Part shown: one piece after another, positions 8,745-18,606 of the stretch | Position numbering within the stretch: position 1 is the stretch's first letter | How the letters are laid out: each line of letters starts with the position of its first letter | Virus record (IMG/VR): IMGVR_UViG_2690315628_000002 | Location: 8,517 to 72,516 of that record | DNA from: a virus | Lineage: Duplodnaviria > Caudoviricetes | Length of the DNA stretch: 64,000 nucleotides | Reading direction: 5' to 3' (one strand) | Position numbers and translations under genes: made by a program | Notes under the pieces: model-generated | The model's input: only the letters and a program-made list of their open reading frames with translations | Told to the model about the DNA's origin: nothing | Databases searched by the model: none

Positions 8745-10039
8745 ACGCAATCCTCGCACGTTTTCAGGACAGCACAGCTCTCGTGGCCGAAACCCGTGGT
8801 TCGTGGCTCGAAGCCTGCGCGCAAATGGCTTCCGAACCTCTCGTTGAGATCGAGAAGGCTTCGGCCAACGACAATGATTTCTGGTTCAGCGAAGACGACT
8901 GGCGTGCGCGTTACCGGCCCTACAACGTCAAGAACGGCATTCTTTATGTTCCGGTTCAGGGTGTTCTCGTCAACAACTTCCCGTGGACGATCGGCGCCTG
9001 GATCACCGGTTACGAATACATCCGTCAGGCCATCAAGCGCGGTCGCGACGATAGCGACGTAAAAGCCATCGTCCTGGTCATCGACTCCGGTGGGGGGATG
9101 GTTTCGGGCAACTGGGACCTCGTTGATTATATCTTCGAAACCCGCGACATCAAACCGATCCGCGCCGTAGCGTCCGAGCACGCGTATTCCGCTGCTTACA
9201 ACATTGCCGCTGCGACCAGTCATATTACGGTCGCCCGCACAGGCGGGGTCGGTTCGATCGGCGTCATCATCACCCATTTCGAATATTCCGAATACCTCAA
9301 GAGCGCAGGCATCAAGGTCAACATCATCCGCTCCAAGCCCGGCAAGGCGCAGGGTAATTCGATCGAGCCGCTTTCCGAGGAAGCCCGGAAGAAGTGGAAA
9401 GCCGAGGTGGATGAACTCCACAAGCAATTCGTCGCCATGGTGGCGAGGGGTCGAGGCATGGAGGAGGAGGCGGTCGACGATACCGACGCGCAGACCTTCA
9501 TGGCTCGTCAAGCCGTCAAGATCGGATTGGCTGACGCCATCGGAACTCTCGACGACGCTGTAACGGCCCTTGAGGCCACGTTCTCACAAGAAGGAGAAGA
9601 ACCAATGGCCGAAAATAAACAGGCCGAATACGAAGCTGCGGTCGCTGCCGCACGTGCCGAAGGCGTCACTGAAGGTGAAAAAACCGGTGCCGCCAACGCG
9701 ATTTCCCGCATCAATGCGATCATCGGCTCCGACGCCGGCAAGGCACGTCCCACCGCCGCGCTGAACGCTGCTCTCAAGACATCGATGTCTGCCGAGGAAG
9801 CAACGGAGTTTCTGGCTTCGCTGCCGGAAGAAGCGAAGCCAGATGCTGCCGCCACCACCACGCAGCCCGGCGCAGGTGCACCTGCCGGCATGTTCACCGC
9901 CGCGATGGACGGAAGCAAACAGCCGAACATCGCTGCTGGCGCTGACGGCAACGACGACAACCAGGCAACCGATGTCGACAAGGACCGAGCGCTGATCCGC
10001 GGCTACGGCCTCGCCGGCTTCTCTGACAACAAGGAGTAA
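8741..10039 (+). CDS. S49-family prohead protease (gpC-like); probable nested Nu3-like scaffold from ATG 9605
   Basis: IDSGGG, AYSAAYNIA, GSIGVI; in-frame internal ATG (MAENK) with GGAG SD before an Ala-rich C-terminal region. Confidence 0.9.
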   Translation: MNAILARFQDSTALVAETRGSWLEACAQMASEPLVEIEKASANDNDFWFSEDDWRARYRPYNVKNGILYVPVQGVLVNNFPWTIGAWITGYEYIRQAIKRGRDDSDVKAIVLVIDSGGGMVSGNWDLVDYIFETRDIKPIRAVASEHAYSAAYNIAAATSHITVARTGGVGSIGVIITHFEYSEYLKSAGIKVNIIRSKPGKAQGNSIEPLSEEARKKWKAEVDELHKQFVAMVARGRGMEEEAVDDTDAQTFMARQAVKIGLADAIGTLDDAVTALEATFSQEGEEPMAENKQAEYEAAVAAARAEGVTEGEKTGAANAISRINAIIGSDAGKARPTAALNAALKTSMSAEEATEFLASLPEEAKPDAAATTTQPGAGAPAGMFTAAMDGSKQPNIAAGADGNDDNQATDVDKDRALIRGYGLAGFSDNKE

Positions 10040-10045
10040 ACCGCG

Positions 10046-10477
10046 ATGGCAAACATTACGCCTCCCTATGCAGATCCCGGCCGCGCAGCGTTCGAGGAAC
10101 TCGACACCTACCTGCAGAACCATCTGCTGGCAGGTTCCCACCCGGAACTGGCACCCGCCTATTCGTTCCCGATTCCGCTGAACGCGAACTACGCGCAGTT
10201 CACCGTTCTCGGCTTGAACGCAACCGGTGAACTGGTGCCGGCCGTTACCGGAAGCGCCAGCCCTGACGATGACGTGCAGGCCATCGGCGTACTCGCCCAC
10301 GCCGTCTCGCGCGGCGGTGCTGGTTCGCCTGCCGTCAACGGTCAGGTGTTCTACTCCGGGTGCTTTAACCAGGACGCGCTCGTATGGGACGACTCTTTCA
10401 GCACAGACGCGCTGAAGCAGGCGGCATTCCGTGGCGCGCCCACTCCCACCACCATCATCGTCGCGAAGCGCGCGTAA
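10046..10477 (+). CDS. Head decoration protein (gpD-like)
   Basis: Between protease and capsid; AIGVLAH..FYSGCFNQDALVW. Confidence 0.8.
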   Translation: MANITPPYADPGRAAFEELDTYLQNHLLAGSHPELAPAYSFPIPLNANYAQFTVLGLNATGELVPAVTGSASPDDDVQAIGVLAHAVSRGGAGSPAVNGQVFYSGCFNQDALVWDDSFSTDALKQAAFRGAPTPTTIIVAKRA

Positions 10478-10489
10478 CAGGAGGCTTCA

Positions 10490-11587
10490 ATGGGCACTCA
10501 GACCCAACATCTCGAACTCTGGGACACCAGCCGCTTCCTCGGCGTGTTCCGTGACATCAAGCCCGATCCGCTCTACTGGACTCAGTGGTTCCCTTACGAA
10601 CTGCGCTCCAACGACGAATGGATCGACTTCGAAAAGATGCCGGTGCAGGGCCGCAAGCTCGCCCCGTTTGTCATGCCGCTCGCTCGCGGCGAGTCGGTCT
10701 ACGAAGACACCGGAACTGGTTTCCGCTTCAAGCCGGCCTACATCAAACTGGAAGACCAGATCGACCCGCTCATGCCGCTTCGTCGTCGTGTCGGTATCGA
10801 TGCAAACATGTCTCAGATGCCCGTTCAGCTTACGCCGATGCAGCGCCTCACACTGATCCGCGCTGCGATCGCCGAGAGCCATGTTCGTGCCATCAATCGC
10901 CGCTGGAACTGGATGGCGGCAACCGCGCTGCGTGACGGCAAAGTCACCATCTCCGGTGAAAATTACCCCACCACGCTCGTCGACTTCAAGCGTGCAGCGA
11001 ACCACACGATCACGCTTGGCGCCGGCAGCCGCTTCGGTGAGAGTGGTGTTTCCATCGTCGATTTTATCCAGTTGGTGATCGACCGCATGGCCAACGCAGA
11101 CTTCGGCGGCGTTCCCGTTCGTGTGACGATGGGCGGCGGCGTTTGGGCCATCATGCGCAAGGACGAAGAGTTCAAAACGCATATGGATATCAACATCAAG
11201 GGCGGGAACATCGTCTACGAACGCGGCTTGGTCACTGGTGATCCAGTCTTCAAAGTGGGCGAAATGACCATCGGCGGCGGTTCCGGCCAGTCAATTGAAC
11301 TGTGGGTCGACAACTCCACCTTCATTGACCCCTCCACTGGCGCCTCTGCACGTTACATCGGCAACCACCAGATGCTGTTCACGAGCACGGCCGAAGCCGT
11401 CAGCGGAACTCGTGCATTTGGCCGGATCATCGACAAGAAGGCCGGCTACGAAGCCCTTCCGATCTTCCCGAAGAACTGGGAAACTACGGGTGATGTCGAA
11501 GTCGAATACATCACCCACAAGTCGGCTCCGCTGTTCGTTCCGATCAACCCGAACGCCACGCTGCTGGCCAACGTCATCGCGCCGTAA
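10490..11587 (+). CDS. Major capsid protein (gpE family)
   Basis: KLAPFVMP, FKPAYIK, WMAATALRDGK, VDFKRA, SAPLFVP. Confidence 0.92.
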   Translation: MGTQTQHLELWDTSRFLGVFRDIKPDPLYWTQWFPYELRSNDEWIDFEKMPVQGRKLAPFVMPLARGESVYEDTGTGFRFKPAYIKLEDQIDPLMPLRRRVGIDANMSQMPVQLTPMQRLTLIRAAIAESHVRAINRRWNWMAATALRDGKVTISGENYPTTLVDFKRAANHTITLGAGSRFGESGVSIVDFIQLVIDRMANADFGGVPVRVTMGGGVWAIMRKDEEFKTHMDINIKGGNIVYERGLVTGDPVFKVGEMTIGGGSGQSIELWVDNSTFIDPSTGASARYIGNHQMLFTSTAEAVSGTRAFGRIIDKKAGYEALPIFPKNWETTGDVEVEYITHKSAPLFVPINPNATLLANVIAP

Positions 11588-11619
11588 CCAGCGGGCGGCG
11601 TCTATTCTTTAGAGCATTC

Positions 11620-11646
11620 AGCATCCCCTGCATGGGGATGCTTTTT
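11620..11646 (+). terminator. Intrinsic terminator after the capsid gene
   Basis: AGCATCCCC-tgcat-GGGGATGCT followed by T-run. Confidence 0.75.
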
Positions 11647-11669
11647 CCCATCAACAGGAGACTGAGAAA

Positions 11670-11981
11670 ATGGAATACGGTTTTACGCTTCACAGCATCC
11701 GTCGCAAGGGCGAAGAGCTTGCCGTCGGCAAAGTCGAGGAATTCACCAATGCCGATTTCAAAGACATGGTTCGTCTCGGCGCCGTCCGCGAACCGACTGC
11801 AGACGAAATGAAGCTTTACAAGCTTGCTAACCCTGACCAGGCCGTCGATCTCGACAATGATGAGACCGGCGTCGACGAACCGAAGTCAGGTAAAAGCAAG
11901 GGTAAGGCTCCTGCGAAACCCAAAGCTGATGCCGCTACCGGTGAAGGTGCCGGCGAAGGTGAAGGCGGAGCACTCGTCTGA
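11670..11981 (+). CDS. Small head-associated protein (FI position)
   Basis: Synteny after MCP; short globular N-terminus and low-complexity tail. Confidence 0.55.
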   Translation: MEYGFTLHSIRRKGEELAVGKVEEFTNADFKDMVRLGAVREPTADEMKLYKLANPDQAVDLDNDETGVDEPKSGKSKGKAPAKPKADAATGEGAGEGEGGALV

Positions 11982-12391
11982 TGAACTGGCGGGAAAGGAA
12001 GCGCGAGCATCTGCTTCCAGTCCATGAAACCTTCTCGATTCCCGCGGTGTATCTCACCCACGCCGCGGGAATTCCCGTGCCCGTCAATATTCGGCTCCAT
12101 CAGCGTCCCGCGGTTATTGAAGCGCAGGGAGAGGACGGAACCGGACAGATCATCGACATCGTCGATCGCGTTATCTTTAAAGTCGCGGAAGTGGCTAACG
12201 TGGTTACGAGCGCCTTCGTCATTCTCAGTGATTCCGAGGCATATGTGACCGGCCCAAGCCGCCCGGAACGTGAGGGTTTCGTCTGGGTCGAGGTTCGGAC
12301 TGCCACCAAAGCAGAGTTGGTAAGCTTGCTGTCCCAGGTCGATACCGCGGGCGACGAGTGGAGGGGCATCCCGCCATGGTCGCAGCAGTAA
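11981..12391 (+). CDS. Head-tail joining protein (FII-like)
   Basis: Synteny, TGATG coupling, 136-aa beta-rich ORF. Confidence 0.6.
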   Translation: MNWRERKREHLLPVHETFSIPAVYLTHAAGIPVPVNIRLHQRPAVIEAQGEDGTGQIIDIVDRVIFKVAEVANVVTSAFVILSDSEAYVTGPSRPEREGFVWVEVRTATKAELVSLLSQVDTAGDEWRGIPPWSQQ

Positions 12392-12987
12392 TTGCCATTG
12401 AATTCGATCAGCTTTCGTTCGTGGATGAAATGACGAACTCGACCGAACTGGCACTGGTCCGTGCTCTTAACACGACAGCGACGCGTGATCGTACCAAGTT
12501 TGCTCGTGCGGCCCGAGACCAAGTGGCGTTCCCGGCGTCTTACGTTTCTCCTTCCAGCAAGCGCCTTTGGGTGAAGACGAAGGCGAAACGTAACGCGCTT
12601 GAAACCGTGATCGAGGGCAGGGGGGCTGCAACGTCGCTGGCCCGTTTTACCAAGCAGAAGCCACTCGCGGGCGGTCAACGCCACAAGGGCGGAAAGATCA
12701 ATGTGACGGTGAAGCCGGGGCAAACCCGTTCCATTCGCCGGGCATTTCTCATGCGCCTGAAGAACAATAACGTCGGACTTGCTGTGAGGACAGACGGCTC
12801 GTTGCCGCAGGGTGCTTACAAACCACGATCATTGGGAAAGAACCTCTGGCTTCTTTACGGTCCGTCTGTCGACCAGGCTCTCCGCGCTGCATCAGATGGC
12901 GGCGGTATCTATGAGGAGATGACGCCTGAGTCGTTGGACTTCCTCGAGAATGAATTTTTCAGACAGTTGGAGTTGTTGAATGGGTGA
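12376..12987 (+). CDS. Tail completion protein (gpZ-like)
   Basis: Basic; ALVRALNTTA..LLYGPSVDQ. Confidence 0.7.
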   Translation: MVAAVIAIEFDQLSFVDEMTNSTELALVRALNTTATRDRTKFARAARDQVAFPASYVSPSSKRLWVKTKAKRNALETVIEGRGAATSLARFTKQKPLAGGQRHKGGKINVTVKPGQTRSIRRAFLMRLKNNNVGLAVRTDGSLPQGAYKPRSLGKNLWLLYGPSVDQALRAASDGGGIYEEMTPESLDFLENEFFRQLELLNG

Positions 12988-13507
12988 TCCTTTCCGCCTG
13001 CGGGTCATGAAGCAGTTGAGCCTCCAGGTGAAGGAGGTGAATCCAGCGAACGGTTGCGAGTTTGATCTGTCGGATTTCGTTGACAGCGCCGGCCGAGCCG
13101 CAGAGCGTGTATTCCGTGGTCGAACGGTGTTCGGTGACAACGATCCCCGACCGATGGTCGTGCTGCTCGAGGACCCACGTCCTGCCGAGGCCGTCAACGG
13201 CACGTCCACGTCCCCTGCCGCCATCAATCAGTTTCGCGTGTTGCTTCAGGGCTTCGTCGAAGATGATCGAGAGCATCCGCTCGATCCGGCGTACAAGCTG
13301 TCGGCCGAAATTATCAGAGCACTGGTGCGCGCCAAGGCTAATCGCTTCGACATTCTCGGTCTCGGAAACAAGGCACCTTGCGTGATGTCGTTATCGATAG
13401 GCCAGCCCGTGCATCGTCCACCGGATGACGAAGTTTCAAGCGTCGCGTATTTCCTCATACCCGTCACCCTCGGCCTTGCCGAAAACCTTGAGACGCCTTT
13501 CGCGTAG
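12980..13507 (+). CDS. Tail terminator (gpU-like)
   Basis: Synteny before the tail tube; RVFRGRTVFG. Confidence 0.6.
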   Translation: MGDPFRLRVMKQLSLQVKEVNPANGCEFDLSDFVDSAGRAAERVFRGRTVFGDNDPRPMVVLLEDPRPAEAVNGTSTSPAAINQFRVLLQGFVEDDREHPLDPAYKLSAEIIRALVRAKANRFDILGLGNKAPCVMSLSIGQPVHRPPDDEVSSVAYFLIPVTLGLAENLETPFA

Positions 13508-13553
13508 CATAAAATCACGTTATAGTCGCAATACTCACAAGGAGAGAAATTCT

Positions 13554-14348
13554 ATGGATCTGCAATCCCGCAATCTTACTGTACCGCGCGGAACCGCTCT
13601 TTTCGCAAAATACAAGCCCGGAACGCAGGTTCCTGGACCTTTTCGCGAACTCGGTAACACGCCTGAATTCACGCTGGCTCGCGAAGCTGAAACGCTGCCT
13701 CACTATTCGTCGCGGGTCGGCTTCCGTACACTGGATGAAGAAGTCGCGATTGAAGCGACTCTGACCGGTTCCGTCACGACGGACGATATGAAGGCCGAGA
13801 ACGCGGCGTACTTCTTTATGAGCGAGGTGAAGACGATCACCGTTACCGCCAGCTCGAACGTTGAAGAAACTTTCGAAGAAGTCAATGCAGGTGACCTTTA
13901 TCAGCTCGGCTTCAACGACACCAACCCGTCCGGTGCCCGAAAAGTCACCACCGTCGTTATTACCGACGGCGCCGCGACGACTCCGGCCACATTCGTTCTC
14001 GACGAGGATTACCTCCTCGATGCCGATCTGGGCACGGTCTACATCCCTGCCGGCAGCGCAGCGATCGGTGGTTCGATTGCAGTCAGTTATTCAGTGGCTG
14101 CCTCCACGCGCGACCAGATCGTTGCCGGGGAAACGCAGGTAGAAGGCGCGCTCAAATTCATCTCGAACAATCCGATCGGTCCACAGTTCGACATCACGTT
14201 CCCGCGCGTTCGCCTGTCTCCCAATGGTGACCTCGCCCTGATCATGGACCCTGAGTCCAGCGAGTGGCAGCAGTTGCCGCTTTCGATCAGCGTCATGAAG
14301 AAGGGTAACCTCGCGCTCGCGTATCGCGACGGGCGTCCGGTAGCGTAA
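13554..14348 (+). CDS. Major tail (tube) protein
   Basis: RELGNTPEF..HYSSR..GALKFISNNPIG..PRVRLSPNGDL; GGAG SD. Confidence 0.85.
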   Translation: MDLQSRNLTVPRGTALFAKYKPGTQVPGPFRELGNTPEFTLAREAETLPHYSSRVGFRTLDEEVAIEATLTGSVTTDDMKAENAAYFFMSEVKTITVTASSNVEETFEEVNAGDLYQLGFNDTNPSGARKVTTVVITDGAATTPATFVLDEDYLLDADLGTVYIPAGSAAIGGSIAVSYSVAASTRDQIVAGETQVEGALKFISNNPIGPQFDITFPRVRLSPNGDLALIMDPESSEWQQLPLSISVMKKGNLALAYRDGRPVA

Positions 14349-14357
14349 GGGATCGAC

Positions 14358-14774
14358 ATGGGTCAGTTGGAGACACTGATACTGCCGAGCGAGACCGTTA
14401 AGGTTGGAGAGCAATCTTTCGAGGTTTACGGTCTCGCCCTTGCGCATATCACCCGCATCATTCGTGAACATCGCAGCGTGTGTGCGGATCTTTATACCAA
14501 AGCCATTGCCGGTGAGATGAGCGGAAGCGTCGAGGAAATTGCCTTGAGCATGACCGATGATTTTGCGCCGCTTGCGGCAATGGTCATCGCTTACGGCTCT
14601 GGAAATCCAACCGCAGTCGATATGGCCGCGCGACTACCGCTCAGTATCCAGGCCGACGCGTTGGAGAAGATCGTCAATCTCACGATCATTGCGGAGGGCG
14701 GCTTGGAAAAACTCATGGAGATCGTCGTTCGGGCGATGGCGGGCGCGGCAAGCCTGACATCCCTGAAACCCTGA
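14358..14774 (+). CDS. Tail assembly chaperone (gpG-like)
   Basis: Between tube and tape measure; in-frame G-GAA-AAA slippery heptamer at 14705-14711. Confidence 0.8.
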   Translation: MGQLETLILPSETVKVGEQSFEVYGLALAHITRIIREHRSVCADLYTKAIAGEMSGSVEEIALSMTDDFAPLAAMVIAYGSGNPTAVDMAARLPLSIQADALEKIVNLTIIAEGGLEKLMEIVVRAMAGAASLTSLKP

Positions 14775-15040
14775 CAGAGTGGGTAGAGGGTGTCCATCGC
14801 CAGGTGAGCTTGTTGCTCGACCACGGACACCCATCCGCCTGGTTCTACCCAGTCTGTAAGGTTTTTGTAGAGGCTCGCTTCGTGGTCGACAGGATCAACG
14901 CTCAGATGGCAAGCGAAGCGGCTCTTCTGCAAATGGCGATCTCCACAGTTCCAAATCAGAGCGTGAAGCCCGCCTCCACCAAGAAAGCTCAAAAAGCTTT
15001 CGAGTCGCAATTGAAGGTGCTGAACAATGGCGAGCCGTGA
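14711..15040 (+). CDS. Tail chaperone -1 frameshift extension (gpT-like)
   Basis: The -1 frame is open from the slippery site through ORF 14804-15040. Confidence 0.65.
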   Translation, partial: THGDRRSGDGGRGKPDIPETLTEWVEGVHRQVSLLLDHGHPSAWFYPVCKVFVEARFVVDRINAQMASEAALLQMAISTVPNQSVKPASTKKAQKAFESQLKVLNNGEP

Positions 15041-18000
15041 AAGAGTCGTCGAATTTGCCGTCAAGGCTCGCGATGAATATTCGAAAGTCCTCCGCAATCT
15101 CGAGCAGCAGCAAAAGCGCCTCTCAGCGTCGGCTGCTGCTCAGAGCCGTCGTGCGGTTGTCGGCGTCGCAAAAGGTGAGATTGAAGCCGCCGTTGCAAAT
15201 TACAAGCGGCTGAGCACCGAAGTTGATCGTTATCGGGCCGTGCAGGCTAACGCTGCTCGGACTGGAGCACTTTCCGCGTCGGAAATGCGCGAACTGGGCG
15301 ACACCATCAAGCTGGTGCGCGACAGGTCGCGGGAGGCCATGGGAGCGTTGCAGCAGAAGCGTGCGGCCCTTCAGCAGATCAACGGTGAGGCCCGTGTTGG
15401 GTTCGCAAGCTTTAGCCGGCTTGCAAGTGAGATGCAGCGCGGCGCTGTTGCGTCGACGAATGAGAGTGTTGCACTAGTCAACACCACGGCGGAACTCAAC
15501 AAACTCACCACGGCGTCGAAAAAGGCTACGACTGCGCAGGGTGCGCTCGGCGATCGCATGGATTCCGTCGGCGGTTCGGGCGGCGGAAAAAAGAAGGGGT
15601 CTTCGGCAGGCGGTGATCCTGAAGATATGCTGGTGTACGGTCTGCGACCGTGGCAGTTGACGAACCTTGGCTACCAGGTCAATGACGTTGTCTCTGGCCT
15701 TGCCATGGGTCAGGCGCCGTTGCAGGTTCTCGCACAGCAAGCTGGTCAGTTCGCGCAGATTTGGCCGAACGTGATGGTGAGCGTTGCACGGTCGATTCCG
15801 CAGCTTGTTCTGTTGGGAGGCGTGCTGGCACCGTTCATAGCGGTCGCTATGCGGCTGAAAGAGGCTGGCGACTCTGTAGAGTATTTCCAGAGAAAGCTTG
15901 CCCTATCCGCTGACGGCTACCGCAATACCGCGCAGGGGCTTGCTGGCGTCAGCGATGAAATCAAGAAACTCGGTATTTCCATTGATGACGCACGGTCGTT
16001 GGCCGCTGGATTTGCGGCCGACGGATTGCCAACAGGCCAGTTCGCCCAGTTCGCGAAAATTGCGAAAAGTATCAGCGACGCTACCGGTGAAGGGGTGGTC
16101 GACGCCGGTCAGAGGCTCTCGCAGGCTTTCGGTGGCAACGTCGAGTCGGTTCTCGAATTGAACAAAGAACTGAATTTCCTGACTCTCGCACAATACGATC
16201 AGGTGCGGGCGATGAAAGCTTCCGGTGACGAAGCCGGCGCCATGGCCTTTGCACTGGATGCTCTTAAGGCGCGCGCTGCTGCGAGCAAAGTGGAAACGAG
16301 CGAGTGGGGAAAAACACTCGTCGAAGCGAAGGGTGCGTGGAACGACTTCGTTCAGGCGCTTCAAGACACAGGTGTGATCCAGTTCGTTTCGCGGGAGGTC
16401 CAGTACTTCGGGCGCGATATTCGCAATATGACTCGAGATGCTCGAGCAGGCGCAAAAGCGCTCAAGGATGTTTTTACCACCGATCTAGAGGACCGCATCC
16501 GCGATCTTCGCACCAGCATCCAAACCGAGGAATCTCTCCGGTCGACAGGCTTCACCTCTGGTGCCGCTGGTATGCTTGGTGAGGACAATCTTTCAAAGAT
16601 GAAGTCTGAACTGGCGACTTTGGTAAGCCAGCGTCGAGAACTCGTCGAACATGTAAAAGACGAGTCGTTGTATTCGGAGAAGGCCTATGAGGCCACGAAG
16701 AAGACGGTCGCCGCAACGGAGCAAAAGAAGGTGGCGGCGAGGGATGCCGTGTATCAATTGCAGGAGCAGATGAGCCAGGAAACCCGCTTGGCACAATTGA
16801 ACGAGCGGCAGCAATACATCGAACAGAAAGCACTGGAAGCGAAGAACAGGTTGCTCGCCGAAGGTGTTCGGTTACGTCAGGAAGAGATTGACGCCGAACT
16901 TAAGAAGGTCCGTGCGTCTGCCGGTTCTGCCTATGACGCTCAGCGCTTTGGATCCAACGGCGGTGGTTACAATTCCGTGGCCGACCGGATCGCCGGAATC
17001 GAAAGCGGTGGCAATCCACTGGCGAAGAACCCCAATTCCTCGGCAACCGGCCTCGGACAATTCATTGAGTCGACGTGGCTCCGGATGTTCAAACAATATT
17101 TTCCCGATCGTGCCAAGAACATGACCGACAGCACGATCCTTGCTTTGCGTGAGAACGCCGATGTTTCACGGAGCATGATCGAGCTTTACGCACGGGAGAA
17201 TGCAGCCATCCTCCAGAAGGCAGGTGTGGCGGTCAACGAGGCCTCCGTCTATCTCGCGCACTTCCTTGGCCCGAACGGCGCAGTGGCTGTTCTTACGGCG
17301 CAGGCGGATACACCCGTCAGCAAGTTGCTTTCGAGTGACGCGATCAAGTCCAATCGCAATATTCTCGACGGGAAAACGGCTGGCGATGTCGTCACCTGGG
17401 CCAACCAAAAGGCAGGGGCTTCCCCGGTGGAAGTTGAAACGCAGGCCCGCCTGACTGAGATGGGGCGCGAATATCTCACGGATTACAGAAAGCGGGTCGA
17501 GCAGCAACAGTTCGAACTTGACCTGTTGTCCAAGTCCGCCAAAGAAGCGGCCGTCGCAAAGGCGCTTCGCGACGAGGAACTGAAGGCCCGAGAAGCCGGC
17601 AACGACCTCACAAAGGAGCAGCGGGCTGAAACTGAAAGGCTTGCTGCACTTGAGTTCGATCGCAACAACGTCAATCAGAAGGTGAACGAGCTTCTTGAAA
17701 AACGCTCGGTATTGATGGAGCGGATGGATTTGGCGCAGCAGAGCGGCGACCACTCCCTCTACGCGACAACTTTCACCGAACTGGATGCTGTGAACAGCAA
17801 GCTGAACGAGGCGATTGCTTCCGCCATAGCATTTTGGCAGGCGATGGGCGGCGAAGGGTCCGTCAACGCTATCGCGAACCTCCAGAACATCGAGATAGCC
17901 ATCGCGCAGACGACGCAGCGGATGAGATCGCAGTTTCTTCCGACGGCCGAGGATCTTAACAAGGAACTTGCCGACATCGGCGCTTCCGCATTCGATTCCA

Positions 18001-18545
18001 TGGCAGAAGCGCTGGCGAAGGGTGAGAATGCCGCCGACGCCTTCTTTAATGCGTTACAGCAAGGTATTGCACAGTTTCTGATCGACATCGGCAAGGCAAT
18101 TGTGAAGCAGGCCTTGTTCAATCTGCTCACTGGCGGTGCAGACGCAAGCGGCGGTGCCGGGGGAGGTATTGCCAGTGCGATCACCAAGCTTTTCAGTGCC
18201 AAACACAGTGGTGGTATCGTCGGCAACACAACGCAGTCTCGTCGCGTAAACCCCGCAGTATTTGCTGGTGCACAGCGCTACCACAGCGGCGGTATCGTAA
18301 CAGATGGTCTGCGTCAGGGTGAGGTTCCGATCGTCGCTCTCGAGGGCGAAGAAGTGTTGACCGAGAACGATCCTCGTCACTCCGCCAACGGCGGTGGCGG
18401 GAAAGCCGTCAACCTGAAGGTCGTCAACGCCTTCAGCCCCGAGGACGTGCTGGAAGCCGCCTTGTCCAGCGTCGCTGGCGAACGGGTTATCACCAATTGG
18501 ATGACCCGGAACCAGAACAAGGTGAACGGTGCACTGGGTCGTTAG
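15027..18545 (+). CDS. Tape measure protein with lytic-transglycosylase-like domain
   Basis: 1172-aa Ala-rich helical protein; NLGYQVNDV..GQAPLQVLAQQ; IAGIESGGNPLAKNPNSSATGLGQFIESTW. Confidence 0.92.
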   Translation: MASRERVVEFAVKARDEYSKVLRNLEQQQKRLSASAAAQSRRAVVGVAKGEIEAAVANYKRLSTEVDRYRAVQANAARTGALSASEMRELGDTIKLVRDRSREAMGALQQKRAALQQINGEARVGFASFSRLASEMQRGAVASTNESVALVNTTAELNKLTTASKKATTAQGALGDRMDSVGGSGGGKKKGSSAGGDPEDMLVYGLRPWQLTNLGYQVNDVVSGLAMGQAPLQVLAQQAGQFAQIWPNVMVSVARSIPQLVLLGGVLAPFIAVAMRLKEAGDSVEYFQRKLALSADGYRNTAQGLAGVSDEIKKLGISIDDARSLAAGFAADGLPTGQFAQFAKIAKSISDATGEGVVDAGQRLSQAFGGNVESVLELNKELNFLTLAQYDQVRAMKASGDEAGAMAFALDALKARAAASKVETSEWGKTLVEAKGAWNDFVQALQDTGVIQFVSREVQYFGRDIRNMTRDARAGAKALKDVFTTDLEDRIRDLRTSIQTEESLRSTGFTSGAAGMLGEDNLSKMKSELATLVSQRRELVEHVKDESLYSEKAYEATKKTVAATEQKKVAARDAVYQLQEQMSQETRLAQLNERQQYIEQKALEAKNRLLAEGVRLRQEEIDAELKKVRASAGSAYDAQRFGSNGGGYNSVADRIAGIESGGNPLAKNPNSSATGLGQFIESTWLRMFKQYFPDRAKNMTDSTILALRENADVSRSMIELYARENAAILQKAGVAVNEASVYLAHFLGPNGAVAVLTAQADTPVSKLLSSDAIKSNRNILDGKTAGDVVTWANQKAGASPVEVETQARLTEMGREYLTDYRKRVEQQQFELDLLSKSAKEAAVAKALRDEELKAREAGNDLTKEQRAETERLAALEFDRNNVNQKVNELLEKRSVLMERMDLAQQSGDHSLYATTFTELDAVNSKLNEAIASAIAFWQAMGGEGSVNAIANLQNIEIAIAQTTQRMRSQFLPTAEDLNKELADIGASAFDSMAEALAKGENAADAFFNALQQGIAQFLIDIGKAIVKQALFNLLTGGADASGGAGGGIASAITKLFSAKHSGGIVGNTTQSRRVNPAVFAGAQRYHSGGIVTDGLRQGEVPIVALEGEEVLTENDPRHSANGGGGKAVNLKVVNAFSPEDVLEAALSSVAGERVITNWMTRNQNKVNGALGR

Positions 18546-18606
18546 TTTGGTTGCGCAATTGCACCTTTTGTGAGAAATTCTCGCCAAACGAGGATCGGTT
18601 TAACAC

